Positions 1 to 9,586 of a DNA stretch of 64,000 nt are shown piece after piece. Both the position numbers and the translations under genes were made by a program. The stretch's first letter is position 1, and the number at the start of each line of letters is the position of its first letter. The DNA is from an uncultured Verrucomicrobiae bacterium. GTDB lineage: Bacteria > Verrucomicrobiota > Verrucomicrobiia > Chthoniobacterales > JAFAMB01. The notes under the pieces were generated by a model that saw nothing but the letters and a program-made list of their open reading frames with translations, was not told where the DNA came from and ran no database searches. Location: contig CAWIPH010000002.1 in assembly GCA_963837955.1 (NCBI GenBank), forward strand, positions 1,440,001 through 1,504,000. Reading direction: 5' to 3'.

Positions 1-2
1 GT

Positions 3-278
3 TATGCGCAGTGGGAAGATGTAGGTCCCTTTCAAACGGACAATTGGGAATATGTATTTGGCAACGAGCGGCCGCGACCCAATCTAAATGGCGGCGCCGG
101 ATTGGATGTATCTCCAGGCGTACGGGATTATCTACGGCTTAGCCCGACGGACGTCACTGATTGGAAATTTGTTGAGGAGGTGGAAGTACCGCCAGGTCCT
201 TGGACCTTATACGGCGACAACAACACCTTTGTAATCGATCGTCGCAAGCGCGAAGAAGAAATCGCGAAGAAGCAGTAG
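3..278 (+). CDS. 3' end of a conserved hypothetical protein (truncated by the window edge)
   Basis: Manual translation from nt 3 is open: YAQWEDVGPFQTDNWEYVFGNERPRPNLNGGAGLDVSPGVRDYL...KKQ, TAG at 276-278. Not in the ORF track because the start lies outside the window. Confidence 0.75.
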   Translation, partial: YAQWEDVGPFQTDNWEYVFGNERPRPNLNGGAGLDVSPGVRDYLRLSPTDVTDWKFVEEVEVPPGPWTLYGDNNTFVIDRRKREEEIAKKQ

Positions 279-308
279 CGAGCGACGTCGATGGATCAAT
301 CCAAGGCC

Positions 309-503
309 GGTAGGGCGAAAGCCTGAGGCGGTATCAGCCGCGTCGGCTTGAGCCGTTTCTGCCCAAATCACGGCTCTACCCCTCGTCATCTCATGCTAAC
401 AAATGGGACGAGTAAGTTTGATGGTGCGCGCGGCTCAAACCCGGCGCGAGCCGAACAAGCAGATTTTGCATCGTTTCCAACGCGCCGAGGTTTTCGCCCT
501 ACC
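309..503. repeat. Inverted doublet of GTAG-type REP elements (family A: GGTAGGGCGAAA-hairpin-TGAGCC)
   Basis: Unit on + at 309-356 and unit on - at 431-503, between convergent genes. Further copies at 38849-38897 and 59221-59288. Confidence 0.8.
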
Positions 504-560
504 TGCGCGGGGTTATGGTTCAGCCTTGGATTGATCCATTGTTTGGCGCCTACGCATCCC

Positions 561-893
561 TCAGAAATGAACGGTGTCTCCTTCGTCCCAGGTCCTCTCA
601 TAACCGCCCTCGGGACCGGAGAAAGTAATATGAAGTTTTTTCTCTTCTCCCTTAAAGGGATCAAAGCCAAACGTTTCGTTTGACACTTCCATCCTGCCGC
701 CGCGCCAAGCATATTGCCGAACGATGCGTGTCACGTTGATGAAGTGACCGTGTACTCCATACAATGCGCGGGCAATCCCGACGCGTACCGCACCAGGCGG
801 CGGGCCATAGCCTTGAGCTTGCACGGCACAAGGCGCCGCCGTCGCGATGGCCAAGAATGCTACTGTGAGTAGCCAAATGTTTTTGGTGTGCAT
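561..893 (-). CDS. Small secreted protein, DUF3395/SUEL-lectin-like fold
   Basis: Signal peptide ending AVQA; motifs ALYG...NVT...NETFGFDP.KG..KKLHI. Confidence 0.65.
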   Translation of the reverse strand: MHTKNIWLLTVAFLAIATAAPCAVQAQGYGPPPGAVRVGIARALYGVHGHFINVTRIVRQYAWRGGRMEVSNETFGFDPFKGEEKKLHITFSGPEGGYERTWDEGDTVHF

Positions 894-1206
894 AGGATAG
901 TATTGGATTGTAAACGGAAACTCAGACGAGATAGCCGAGTTGCGCTATCAATTGGTTCCGGACAATTTACTGTCAACGCCAAAATAGAGACTTCTTCTTG
1001 GCCAGGAATGACATCTGTCTCATCAAGGTCCGTTTGCTCGATGCAGCAAGTTAGGACGCTGCGGAGAGGACTGCTGCCCAGTTCTCCCGGTTTGGCGCGT
1101 TAGCGCCAGAGCTCGTTCCGCGCTTCACCGGTTAACGCTTCGAGCTGTGCAACACCGCCGATTTTTGGCGACATCCGAAGCGGCGCGCCGATATACTCCC
1201 GACCTC

Positions 1207-1770
1207 ATGACTTGTGTTGCTGTTTTCCACGAAGGTACTCGTGGTCGCGGTGTTTTGGCCGGGGCCAATTCGGATCAGGACAGGCGTCTCAGTCGCTGGT
1301 GGTTTGCCATCGCATTCTTGTCGATATGGCTTCTTCATCCTGCGTTGCTTCAAGCTCAGTCGCATGCCGTACAGGCAAACCCCAAAATCATGGAGGTTTT
1401 GAATACGGCTCCGCTGGATATTAAGGATGAAGATACCCAGCTCATTAAATTAAAGAAAATGCGGTTTAATGCGGCCATCGCGGAGGCGAAAGAACGATAC
1501 AACCTGTTCAAGAAAGGCCAGACTAAGTTCACTGATCTTGTTGACGTGGGGCAACGGGTTCTTACGGCCCAAGCGGATCTCGCCCAAAGTCCGGAGGAGA
1601 GAGCGCAGGTGCTGGATAAACAGCTGCAAATTCTCGCCGAAGCGGAGGACAATCTTGACAAGCAAATTAAGGATGGAAAAGGGTTGGCCGCGGACCTTGA
1701 TCGCCTTCGTTACGAACGTTTCGGGGTTGAAATCGATCTGGAGATTTTACGGAAAGGAATGGCTCAATGA
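1207..1770 (+). CDS. Exported helical protein resembling a TolC/outer-membrane efflux helical repeat (start uncertain)
   Basis: Hydrophobic segment RRLSRWWFAIAFLSIWLL..AQ, then two helical repeats ending in FKKG/IKDG plus 'DL..' motifs. Confidence 0.55.
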   Translation: MTCVAVFHEGTRGRGVLAGANSDQDRRLSRWWFAIAFLSIWLLHPALLQAQSHAVQANPKIMEVLNTAPLDIKDEDTQLIKLKKMRFNAAIAEAKERYNLFKKGQTKFTDLVDVGQRVLTAQADLAQSPEERAQVLDKQLQILAEAEDNLDKQIKDGKGLAADLDRLRYERFGVEIDLEILRKGMAQ

Positions 1771-1887
1771 TGCCGAAAGAACCATTTACCAACCAAGGGC
1801 GGCCCACTGGACAGTTTCCTATTGACTTTAGAGATAGTGGTTCGCACGGTGGGCCAGTTAGGTCGCCGCCGAAGAGTGGCATTTTCT

Positions 1888-2784
1888 ATGAGAAATTACC
1901 CATCATTTCTAGCTGCCGTTTTTTGCTGTTGGCTCTCGAGCGATGCTTACGCTCAGGAACCTGGCGGAGTCCTTAAGAAGGCAAAGGATTCCGGTTCGAT
2001 TTCGCTCGGTTATCGGGAATCTTCGGTTCCGTTCTCCTATTACGACGATAACAACAAAGTCGTCGGATATTCTCAGGAACTTGCTGCCATTGTAATCGAA
2101 GCCGTCAAAAAGAAGCTTAGCCTCCCAAATCTTCAAGTAAAAATGGTCCCGGTGACTTCCGGTAACCGTATTCCTTTGGTGCAGAATGGGACGGTCGATA
2201 TTGAAGCGGGCTCGACCACGAACAATCTGGATCGGGAAAAACAGGTCAGTTTTTCCGATTCGATCTTCATCATCGGAACGCGTCTCTTGGTAAAGAAGGG
2301 TTCCGGGATCAAAGATTTTCCGGACCTGAAAGGGAAGACCGTCGTCACGACGGCTGGCACCACGTCCGAAGTTCTGCTGCGGGCGCTGAACGAAAAGAGC
2401 GGCATGGGGATGGACATAATCAGCGCGAAAGATCACGCCGAGTCATTTCTAATCCTTCGAAGCGATCGGGCGGTGGCGTTTATGATGGACGACGCACTGC
2501 TAGCCGGTGAGCGGGCCAAAGCGCGCAACCCAGACGATTGGGAAATTGTCGGAACGCCCCAATCAAAAGAAGCGTACGGAATGATGCTGCCGAAAGGTGA
2601 CACTGAGTTTAAGAAGGTCGTGGATGACGCAATCGCCCAGGCAGAAACATCGGGGACGGCGGAAAAACTCTATCAAAAGTGGTTTTTGTCGCCCATCCCG
2701 CCCAAAAGTCTGAACCTGAATCTGCCTTTAAGCGAGGACTTGAAGGCATTATTCAAAAGCCCAAACGATAAGCCGTTTCAATAG
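1888..2784 (+). CDS. gltI: Glutamate/aspartate ABC transporter substrate-binding protein
   Basis: GYRESSVPFSY, NRIPLVQNGTVDIEAGSTTNN, AFMMDDALLAG; signal peptide after the ATG at 1888. Confidence 0.92.
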   Translation: MRNYPSFLAAVFCCWLSSDAYAQEPGGVLKKAKDSGSISLGYRESSVPFSYYDDNNKVVGYSQELAAIVIEAVKKKLSLPNLQVKMVPVTSGNRIPLVQNGTVDIEAGSTTNNLDREKQVSFSDSIFIIGTRLLVKKGSGIKDFPDLKGKTVVTTAGTTSEVLLRALNEKSGMGMDIISAKDHAESFLILRSDRAVAFMMDDALLAGERAKARNPDDWEIVGTPQSKEAYGMMLPKGDTEFKKVVDDAIAQAETSGTAEKLYQKWFLSPIPPKSLNLNLPLSEDLKALFKSPNDKPFQ

Positions 2785-2859
2785 GAACGCATGATGGGCA
2801 AGCTTTGGAAATTCGCGGATTGAAAGAGCGAGCAGACCTTCAGCGACATTCGTGATCCT

Positions 2860-3606
2860 ATGAGTTTTGTCGTTGCTGCCCTCGACTTCGGTGTTTTCCT
2901 TTCGCCTAGTCCAGAAGCCGGTCAGAATTATCTAACCTACCTTTTGGGCGGTGCCGCTTGGACTGTGGTTCTTTCGGTCCTGAGCTGGGTGATTGCCTTT
3001 GCCGTGGGCTCGGTGGTGGGAGTGCTGCGAACGTTGCCGAGCCCAATCCTCTCCAAGATCGGCGCTTGGTATGTGGAAATTTTCCGAAATATTCCGCTGC
3101 TAGTGCAGCTGTTCATTTGGTTTAATGTCGTGCCAGAGTTGCTGCCTGTTTTTGGTCCGTGGTTCAAGCATCTGCCGTCTTTCTGGCAACAGTTTACCAG
3201 TGGAACGCTCTGCCTTGGCCTATTTACAGCGGCAAGAATTGCTGAACAGGTCCGGTCTGGATTGGGATCGCTCGGAAAGGGTCAATACGGGGCTGGCCTG
3301 GCCTTGGGATTGAATATCAAGCAGGTCTACGGCTTGGTTCTGCTCCCTGTTGCCTACCGAATCATTATCCCCACACTAACCTCGGAGTTCTTGAATTTAA
3401 TTAAGAACTCCGCAGTTGCGTCGACCGTCGGATTTGTTGAACTCGCCAGACGCAGCGAGACCATGGCCGAACTGAAGTCTACGGTGTTTGAAGCGCTCCT
3501 CGCGGGAACAGTGCTCTATGGTGTGATTAACCTGATTGTCCTTTTCTTTTCTCGCTCTTTAGAGCGATCAACCAAATTGCCCGGTTTGGTAGGAGCGCAA
3601 AAGTAG
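2860..3606 (+). CDS. gltJ: Glu/Asp ABC transporter permease
   Basis: YVEIFRNIPLLVQLF; operon position after gltI. Confidence 0.88.
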   Translation: MSFVVAALDFGVFLSPSPEAGQNYLTYLLGGAAWTVVLSVLSWVIAFAVGSVVGVLRTLPSPILSKIGAWYVEIFRNIPLLVQLFIWFNVVPELLPVFGPWFKHLPSFWQQFTSGTLCLGLFTAARIAEQVRSGLGSLGKGQYGAGLALGLNIKQVYGLVLLPVAYRIIIPTLTSEFLNLIKNSAVASTVGFVELARRSETMAELKSTVFEALLAGTVLYGVINLIVLFFSRSLERSTKLPGLVGAQK

Positions 3607-4284
3607 ATGTATACGTTCGATTGGAGCTCTATCCCAGGTTCATTGCCCTATCTCTGGCAGGGGATGGTTATCACCCTGGAAATCACGTTGGTAGCAATCG
3701 TCGTGGGTATATTACTGGGTACGGTGATTGCGGTGGTCCGGTTATCCAAGAACTCGATATTATCTGCGATTGCGGCCGCCTATGTGACGTTATTCCGATC
3801 GATCCCATTGGTGATGGTATTGCTTTGGTTCCAGCTCGCTTTGGTCCCGCCCGTAGTGCGCTGGCTGTTCCCGAAGGGGAATTTCGATCTCAATCTCATT
3901 ATCGCGTTTACGGCATTCGCCTTTTTTGAAGCTTCCTATTACGCGGAAATCATCCGCGCCGGAATCCAAAGTATATCAAAGGGCCAAGTAATGGCGGCCC
4001 AGGCCCTCGGAATGAGTGATGGTGCCGTTATGCGGTTGGTGATCCTGCCGCAAGCGTTTCGGCGGATGATTCCTCTTTTGCTGACTCAGGCGATCATTCT
4101 CTTCCAAGACAGCTCGCTGGTCTATGTCATCGGCTTGGCCGACTTTTTTGGAGTGGCCAAGAACCGAGCGGACTCTACCGGGGACGAAGTGGAATTCATT
4201 CTTTTTGCCGGAGCCGTCTACTTAGTTCTTTGTTTGACGATGTCGACGATAGTTCGTCAAATGCAAAAGAGGATCACAGTATGA
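3607..4284 (+). CDS. gltK: Glu/Asp ABC transporter permease
   Basis: [17 protein letters not shown]-terminus, [25 protein letters not shown]. Confidence 0.9.
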   Translation: MYTFDWSSIPGSLPYLWQGMVITLEITLVAIVVGILLGTVIAVVRLSKNSILSAIAAAYVTLFRSIPLVMVLLWFQLALVPPVVRWLFPKGNFDLNLIIAFTAFAFFEASYYAEIIRAGIQSISKGQVMAAQALGMSDGAVMRLVILPQAFRRMIPLLLTQAIILFQDSSLVYVIGLADFFGVAKNRADSTGDEVEFILFAGAVYLVLCLTMSTIVRQMQKRITV

Positions 4285-5009
4285 TTTCAATTCGTGACAT
4301 CTCGAAATGGTACGGTGCATTCCATGTGCTAGATGGCTGCTCGACCGAGGTCCAGAAAGGGGAGGTTGTAGTAGTCTGCGGGCCTTCCGGTTCGGGGAAA
4401 TCAACTTTGATTAAATGTGTGAACGGACTCGAGCCATTCCAGAAAGGGGAGATACTTATCGAGGGCACCTCTGTTGGCGCTAAGAAAACAAACCTTCCCA
4501 AGCTGCGGGCGCGGGTCGGCATGGTGTTCCAGCACTTTGAACTTTTCCCGCACCTCAGCGTGTTGCAAAATCTTACGATAGCCCAGTGTCGAGTCTTGAG
4601 GCGCGGTGCTGCCGAGGCTCAAGAAAAGGCCTTTCGTCTGCTCGATCTCGTCGGTTTGAGAACTCAGGCTCCAAAATTTCCGGCTCAGCTCTCCGGGGGG
4701 CAACAACAGCGCGTCGCGATCGCCCGGGCGCTCGCTATGGATCCGATTGCGATGCTCTTTGACGAACCGACCTCCGCTTTGGATCCCGAGATGATCAATG
4801 AGGTCCTGGATGTGATGGTTAAACTCGCACAGGAAGGAATGACCATGATGGTTGTCACGCACGAAATGGGATTCGCGAAAAAAGTCGCCGATCGCGTGAT
4901 TTTTATGGATCAGGGGCAAATCGTCGAAGATCGGCCGAAAATCGATTTCTTTACCAGCCCAAACACCGATCGCGCTCAACTGTTTTTGTCTAAGATCCTT
5001 TCACACTAA
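4281..5009 (+). CDS. gltL: Glu/Asp ABC transporter ATP-binding protein
   Basis: Walker [28 protein letters not shown] overlaps the gltK stop. Confidence 0.92.
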   Translation: MISIRDISKWYGAFHVLDGCSTEVQKGEVVVVCGPSGSGKSTLIKCVNGLEPFQKGEILIEGTSVGAKKTNLPKLRARVGMVFQHFELFPHLSVLQNLTIAQCRVLRRGAAEAQEKAFRLLDLVGLRTQAPKFPAQLSGGQQQRVAIARALAMDPIAMLFDEPTSALDPEMINEVLDVMVKLAQEGMTMMVVTHEMGFAKKVADRVIFMDQGQIVEDRPKIDFFTSPNTDRAQLFLSKILSH

Positions 5010-5097
5010 GCCGGGCTATCTTTGGGTGAATGCTGGGGACGAGTTTCGATCTCGGGGCGCCGAGCCCAGATTTCCCTGTGCTTTGGCGACGCATCGG

Positions 5098-6846
5098 CTA
5101 ATGGCCGGTTGATGGGTTCAGCAGTGCTTTCGCCCGATTCAAGGCTGCATCGAAATGGGCGCAGAGATTTTCGCGGCCGATCACGTCGATAAAGCCCGCC
5201 TTTCGCAGCATTTCCAGAGGCTGTCGATGCAAACCGCTCAGAATCACTGTTGAACCGTGATGCTTGAATCGCTCAATGATGCTCTCCAATGCATTGAGCG
5301 CGGTTGCGTCCATGGCCGTCACCAGATGCAAGCGGAGGATCAACACGCGGGGCAATTGATCAACTCTCTCTAAGGCATCGCTCATTTTTTCGGCAGCCCC
5401 GAAAAGAAACGGACCGAAGATGCGATAGACGAGAACATTTTCCGGAATGTCCTTTCCCTGGGCAAGTTGCTCTGGCGATTCCAGCACGTCATCGCCGGTC
5501 ACTTGCGATACTTCGGTAGTCTCCGAAACCCGCTTGATGAAAAGAATCGCTGCCAGCACCATTCCAAGTTCGACTGCGATCACCAAATCGAAAATCACAG
5601 TGAGCGCGAAAGTCGCGATCAGGACGATAGCATCGCTGCGAGGCATTACTCTGATACGGGTGAGCTCGTGCCATTCACCCATTCGAAGTGCAACCATGAA
5701 CAGCACGGCGGACATCGCGGAGATCGGCACGTTGCCGGCCCATCCAGCAAAGGCCAATACAATCGCCAAGAGCGTCAGACTGTGAACTATTCCGGCCACG
5801 GGAGATTTGGCGCCGTTGTTGATGTTAGCTGAAGTCCGCGCGATGGCTCCGGTCGCCGGTAGTCCGCCGAAGAAGGGACAGACCAGGTTGGCAATACCTT
5901 GAGCGATGAGCTCGGTATTACTGTCGTGCCGATCATTGGCGAGTCCGTCGGCAACTACGGCAGAGAGGAGCGACTCAATTGCGCCAAGAAGAGCGATTGC
6001 AGTAGCCGGCTGCAAGAGATCGCGAATCTGCGTCCAATCAATGACTGGCCAGCGAAAAGGCGGAAATCCTTGGGGAATCGCATGCGCGCCAAACTTAGAA
6101 GCGAGTGTGGCAATCCCAAAGCGGTCGTGATCCAAAAGTGCAAGTGGGTAGAGCAGGATTGTGGCAGCGAGCATCGCAACAATCGATCCAGGGATTCGCT
6201 TGAACCCCAATCGCGGCCAGAAACAGATGACGGCGACCACGAAGAGGGCGAGGAGCAAGCTCGCCAGATTGCTATGCGAAAGATTCTCAGCCAGCCATTG
6301 TACTTTCGCCAGGAAATCACGCGGCGGCGGACCTGCGTTGTGAATTCCAAGTAAGTCCGGCGCGCCAGTTGCCATGATCGAGACAGCAATGCCCGTAGTG
6401 AACCCGCTGGTAACTGGCCATGGAATGAACTTGATTAGCGTGCCAAACCGAGCCAGTCCCATGACTATCTGGATCATTCCGGCCATGATAGTCGCGGCTA
6501 TCAAACCGGCGTATCCATGTTTCTCGATGATCAACAGGATCACTGGTACGAATGCTGCCGTCGGACCACCGATTTGCACACGACTGCCGCCTAGCGCCGA
6601 AATAAGAAAACCCGCAATGATAGCAGTGAATAGTCCAAGTGCGGGGGCTGGATACGGCACGGTGGTGTTGGCGGGTATACTTGCGATGCCCAGAGCCAAG
6701 GCGAGGGGCAGCGCAATCAGCCCAACGGTGACGCCCGCCGCCGAGTCTGCGGCAAAATCGTTGACGCCATAAGGCTGGAGAAAAAGGGAGAAAGCCCGCG
6801 GACGGAATATAGAGCGAATTGGTTTGCGCAACGGCGTGCTCATCAA
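5098..6846 (-). CDS. SulP/SLC26 family anion permease with STAS domain
   Basis: GGSRVQIGGPTAAF, ESLLSAVVAD, ATGAIART; C-terminal STAS GPFLFG...MDATAL. Confidence 0.92.
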   Translation of the reverse strand: MMSTPLRKPIRSIFRPRAFSLFLQPYGVNDFAADSAAGVTVGLIALPLALALGIASIPANTTVPYPAPALGLFTAIIAGFLISALGGSRVQIGGPTAAFVPVILLIIEKHGYAGLIAATIMAGMIQIVMGLARFGTLIKFIPWPVTSGFTTGIAVSIMATGAPDLLGIHNAGPPPRDFLAKVQWLAENLSHSNLASLLLALFVVAVICFWPRLGFKRIPGSIVAMLAATILLYPLALLDHDRFGIATLASKFGAHAIPQGFPPFRWPVIDWTQIRDLLQPATAIALLGAIESLLSAVVADGLANDRHDSNTELIAQGIANLVCPFFGGLPATGAIARTSANINNGAKSPVAGIVHSLTLLAIVLAFAGWAGNVPISAMSAVLFMVALRMGEWHELTRIRVMPRSDAIVLIATFALTVIFDLVIAVELGMVLAAILFIKRVSETTEVSQVTGDDVLESPEQLAQGKDIPENVLVYRIFGPFLFGAAEKMSDALERVDQLPRVLILRLHLVTAMDATALNALESIIERFKHHGSTVILSGLHRQPLEMLRKAGFIDVIGRENLCAHFDAALNRAKALLNPSTGH

Positions 6847-7117
6847 ATTGTCTCAACTAGTGCACCGGAACGCGATGCGGACATGCCTGTCTCCTTGGAC
6901 CAAGCGGGCTCATTCGGCTCAACACCGATTCGCGAAAAATTGGGCTGGAGACTTCGATCTATGACTGAAGACACATCCCGAACAGAATTCCTGGCTCCCC
7001 TCGACGCGTAGAGAACGTGATGAACCGATGACTTTCAAGCGTTTCTTTGTTAAGAGTTGGACGATTCGAACGGGTGCCAAAGCAATTTTTGGTAGCATAC
7101 CTAGAGACAATCGGATC

Positions 7118-7145
7118 TTGACCTCGCTTGGGGATGATCCATAAT
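7118..7145 (+). promoter_or_regulatory. Putative sigma70 promoter of the MFS gene
   Basis: TTGACC-N16-CATAAT about 105 nt upstream of the ATG at 7252. Confidence 0.45.
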
Positions 7146-7251
7146 CAACGGCGCTTGTCCGGACCCCTTTAAATGAGTTCGGTGGACCGCTAGAGTGCTG
7201 CGTCCCGCGGTGGCGCTTAGACGGCAAGCATGACCCTTCCCCAGAACTAAT

Positions 7252-8919
7252 ATGGCAACTTCTGCTAGTGCTGTTTCCACCGAGTCTGCTGGCCAGCTAA
7301 GCGCTCGGCATCGGATGGTTATCGTAGCTTCATCCCTCGGGACCGTTTTCGAGTGGTACGATTTTTATTTGTACGCCACTCTAACGCTGTTCTTCAGCAG
7401 TTTGTTTTTTCCGTCGAATAACCCGGTTGCTTCTAATCTGGCAGCTCTGGCGACGTTCGGCGCTGGATTCGGAGTTCGACCTTTCGGGGCCATCTTCTTT
7501 GGCCGAATCGGGGATATCGTTGGCCGGAAATACACATTTCTTATCACGATTGTTGTCATGGGCTTAGCGACCGCACTGGTCGGTATCTTACCGGTATATG
7601 CCCAGATTGGAATTTGGGCGCCCATTCTCCTCGTGCTGCTCAGGTTGGCTCAAGGTCTCGCTTTGGGTGGTGAGTACGGGGGTGCTGCTACCTACGTTGC
7701 CGAGCACGCACCAAAGGGAAAACGGGGTCTGTTTACTAGCTGGATTCAAACCACAGCGACCATCGGTTTCTTTTTAGCACTCTTTGTGATTCTGATCTGC
7801 CGGACCACCCTGTCTGAAGCAGACTTCAAAACCTGGGGTTGGAGGATCCCATTTTTGCTCTCGGTTATCCTGCTGGTTATCTCCGTCTATATTCGGCTGA
7901 AATTGCAGGAGTCGCCGATCTTCGCTGAAATGAAGTCGCAGGGTAAACTTACGCGCCACCCGCTGCGAGACAGCTTTTTCAGGCAGCCGAACGCTCGGTA
8001 TGTTTGGTTGGCATTATTTGGTGCCACTGCCGGTCAGGGAGTGATCTGGTATACCGGCCAGTTCCAGGCCCTATTTTTTCTACAGAATGTCCTAAAGGTT
8101 AATTTCACGACCGCCTATACGCTGATCGGTTTCTCATTGCTGGTCGGGTTTCCTCTCTTCATTTTCTTCGGTTGGCTTTCGGATCGAATCGGGCGCAAGC
8201 CGATCATGATGGCTGCCTGCCTGTTGGCGGTGCTCACCTACATCCCTCTTTTCAAAGGACTCACGGGTTTCGTGAACCCAACGCTGGAGTCTGCGCAGGA
8301 AAAGACTCCGGTTGTACTTTACACCGATGAGTTTAGCGGCGGATTTGCCCAAAAGGTGTGGGTCACCGTCGTGGACGCATTCCAACAATATCACCCAACC
8401 GGGGACCTGGAAACCAGCTACAAGGCGCGCCAATTTCTTAGTAAGCGTGGCGTTCCATTTGAGATAAAAACGGCCAAGCCAGACGCACCGGTTGCGCTCG
8501 GTGTTGGAGACAAGGCGCTGAATGGATTCGATGATAAGGCTTACGAAGCTGCTATTGGCGAAGCCGGGTATCCGAAGGCAGCCGATCCCGCCAAGATCAA
8601 CTACGTGGGGGCTGAGCTGATTCTGATCGTCTTCATGATCTATGTGACGATGGTTTACGGGCCGATCGCCGCATTTCTGGTAGAGCTGTTTCCGACTCAT
8701 ATTCGTTATACTTCGATGTCATTTCCGTACCATATCGGGAACGGATGGTTTGGCGGTTTTTTACCGTTGATCATCGCCGCAATCGGCGCTGCAACCGGGA
8801 ATTTTTACGCGGGACTTTGGTATCCGATTGGTGTTGCCCTGCTCACTTTGATCGTAGGTACAATCTTTCTGCGTGAGACGAAGGACCGCGATTTGCGGGC
8901 AGAATACGCGGATCAATAA
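7252..8919 (+). CDS. MFS transporter, metabolite:H+ symporter (MHS) family
   Basis: SSLGTVFEWYDF, GRIGDIVGRK, QGLALGGEYGGA, WGWRIPFL. Confidence 0.92.
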   Translation: MATSASAVSTESAGQLSARHRMVIVASSLGTVFEWYDFYLYATLTLFFSSLFFPSNNPVASNLAALATFGAGFGVRPFGAIFFGRIGDIVGRKYTFLITIVVMGLATALVGILPVYAQIGIWAPILLVLLRLAQGLALGGEYGGAATYVAEHAPKGKRGLFTSWIQTTATIGFFLALFVILICRTTLSEADFKTWGWRIPFLLSVILLVISVYIRLKLQESPIFAEMKSQGKLTRHPLRDSFFRQPNARYVWLALFGATAGQGVIWYTGQFQALFFLQNVLKVNFTTAYTLIGFSLLVGFPLFIFFGWLSDRIGRKPIMMAACLLAVLTYIPLFKGLTGFVNPTLESAQEKTPVVLYTDEFSGGFAQKVWVTVVDAFQQYHPTGDLETSYKARQFLSKRGVPFEIKTAKPDAPVALGVGDKALNGFDDKAYEAAIGEAGYPKAADPAKINYVGAELILIVFMIYVTMVYGPIAAFLVELFPTHIRYTSMSFPYHIGNGWFGGFLPLIIAAIGAATGNFYAGLWYPIGVALLTLIVGTIFLRETKDRDLRAEYADQ

Positions 8920-8928
8920 TTGTCGGAA

Positions 8929-8974
8929 GCTTTCTCTGTTCGATCCGGTGGCAGTTGCCGGTCGAAGGGAGAGC
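8929..8974 (+). terminator. Strong stem-loop downstream of the MFS gene
   Basis: GCTTTCTCTGTTCGATCCGGT...GCCGGTCGAAGGGAGAGC inverted repeat; no U tract. Confidence 0.4.
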
Positions 8975-9184
8975 CGTGAGGTGTCGGAATCCGTCCTTGG
9001 CCCCTTGATGTAGGATCGCTGGCCTTATCGGCTAAGGAACTTTTGCGAGCGTGCTTTGCCGAGAGCGAACTATCAGACGTCGGGACAGAGATTTGAGCGT
9101 GAAGGAAAGTGGAGCCTGGCCCCTTTTTTCGCTTGAACGCCAGCATCTGCAGACTAGCTTGTCCGCTCACGAAACGCTTCGGAT

Positions 9185-9259
9185 TCCTGAGTAGCTCAGT
9201 GGTAGAGCGGTCGGCTGTTAACCGATTGGTCGTAGGTTCGAATCCTACCTCAGGAGCCA
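9185..9259 (+). tRNA. tRNA-Asn (GTT)
   Basis: Acceptor stem TCCTGAG/CTCAGGA, anticodon loop CT-GTT-AA, T loop GTTCGAATC, encoded CCA. Confidence 0.97.
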
Positions 9260-9280
9260 GCTGTCTTTAGCGTCCAAGAG

Positions 9281-9583
9281 CTAGAGTAATCCAGGAGGTA
9301 GGCCGAGACCCGCACCAAGCCGTCCCATTTCCGTTTGGGCGAGACCTTTTCCTTTCTCGATCGCTTGCTTAACTCCGCTAAGCACGAGGTCCTCCAAAAA
9401 CTCGACGTCCTCCGGGTCAACTACCTCTTTGGCAATCTTTATTGAAATGATATCGCCCGTCCCGTTCGCTACGACCGAGACTTTACCTCCGCCTACGCTA
9501 ACCTCGACCGTTTTTTCTGCGAGAGTCGCCGCAAGTTGTTCCTGCATCTTGGCGGCCTGTTTCATCATCTTTTGGATGTTCAT
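9281..9583 (-). CDS. ybaB: YbaB/EbfC nucleoid-associated protein
   Basis: MMKQAAKMQ, GGGKVSV..NG, DPEDVEFLEDLV; lies downstream of dnaX. Confidence 0.93.
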   Translation of the reverse strand: MNIQKMMKQAAKMQEQLAATLAEKTVEVSVGGGKVSVVANGTGDIISIKIAKEVVDPEDVEFLEDLVLSGVKQAIEKGKGLAQTEMGRLGAGLGLPPGLL

Positions 9584-9586
9584 GGA

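Noticed and set aside
9185..9280. Integration site at tRNA-Asn
   Set aside because: Flanked directly by core genes; no integrase or att duplication.
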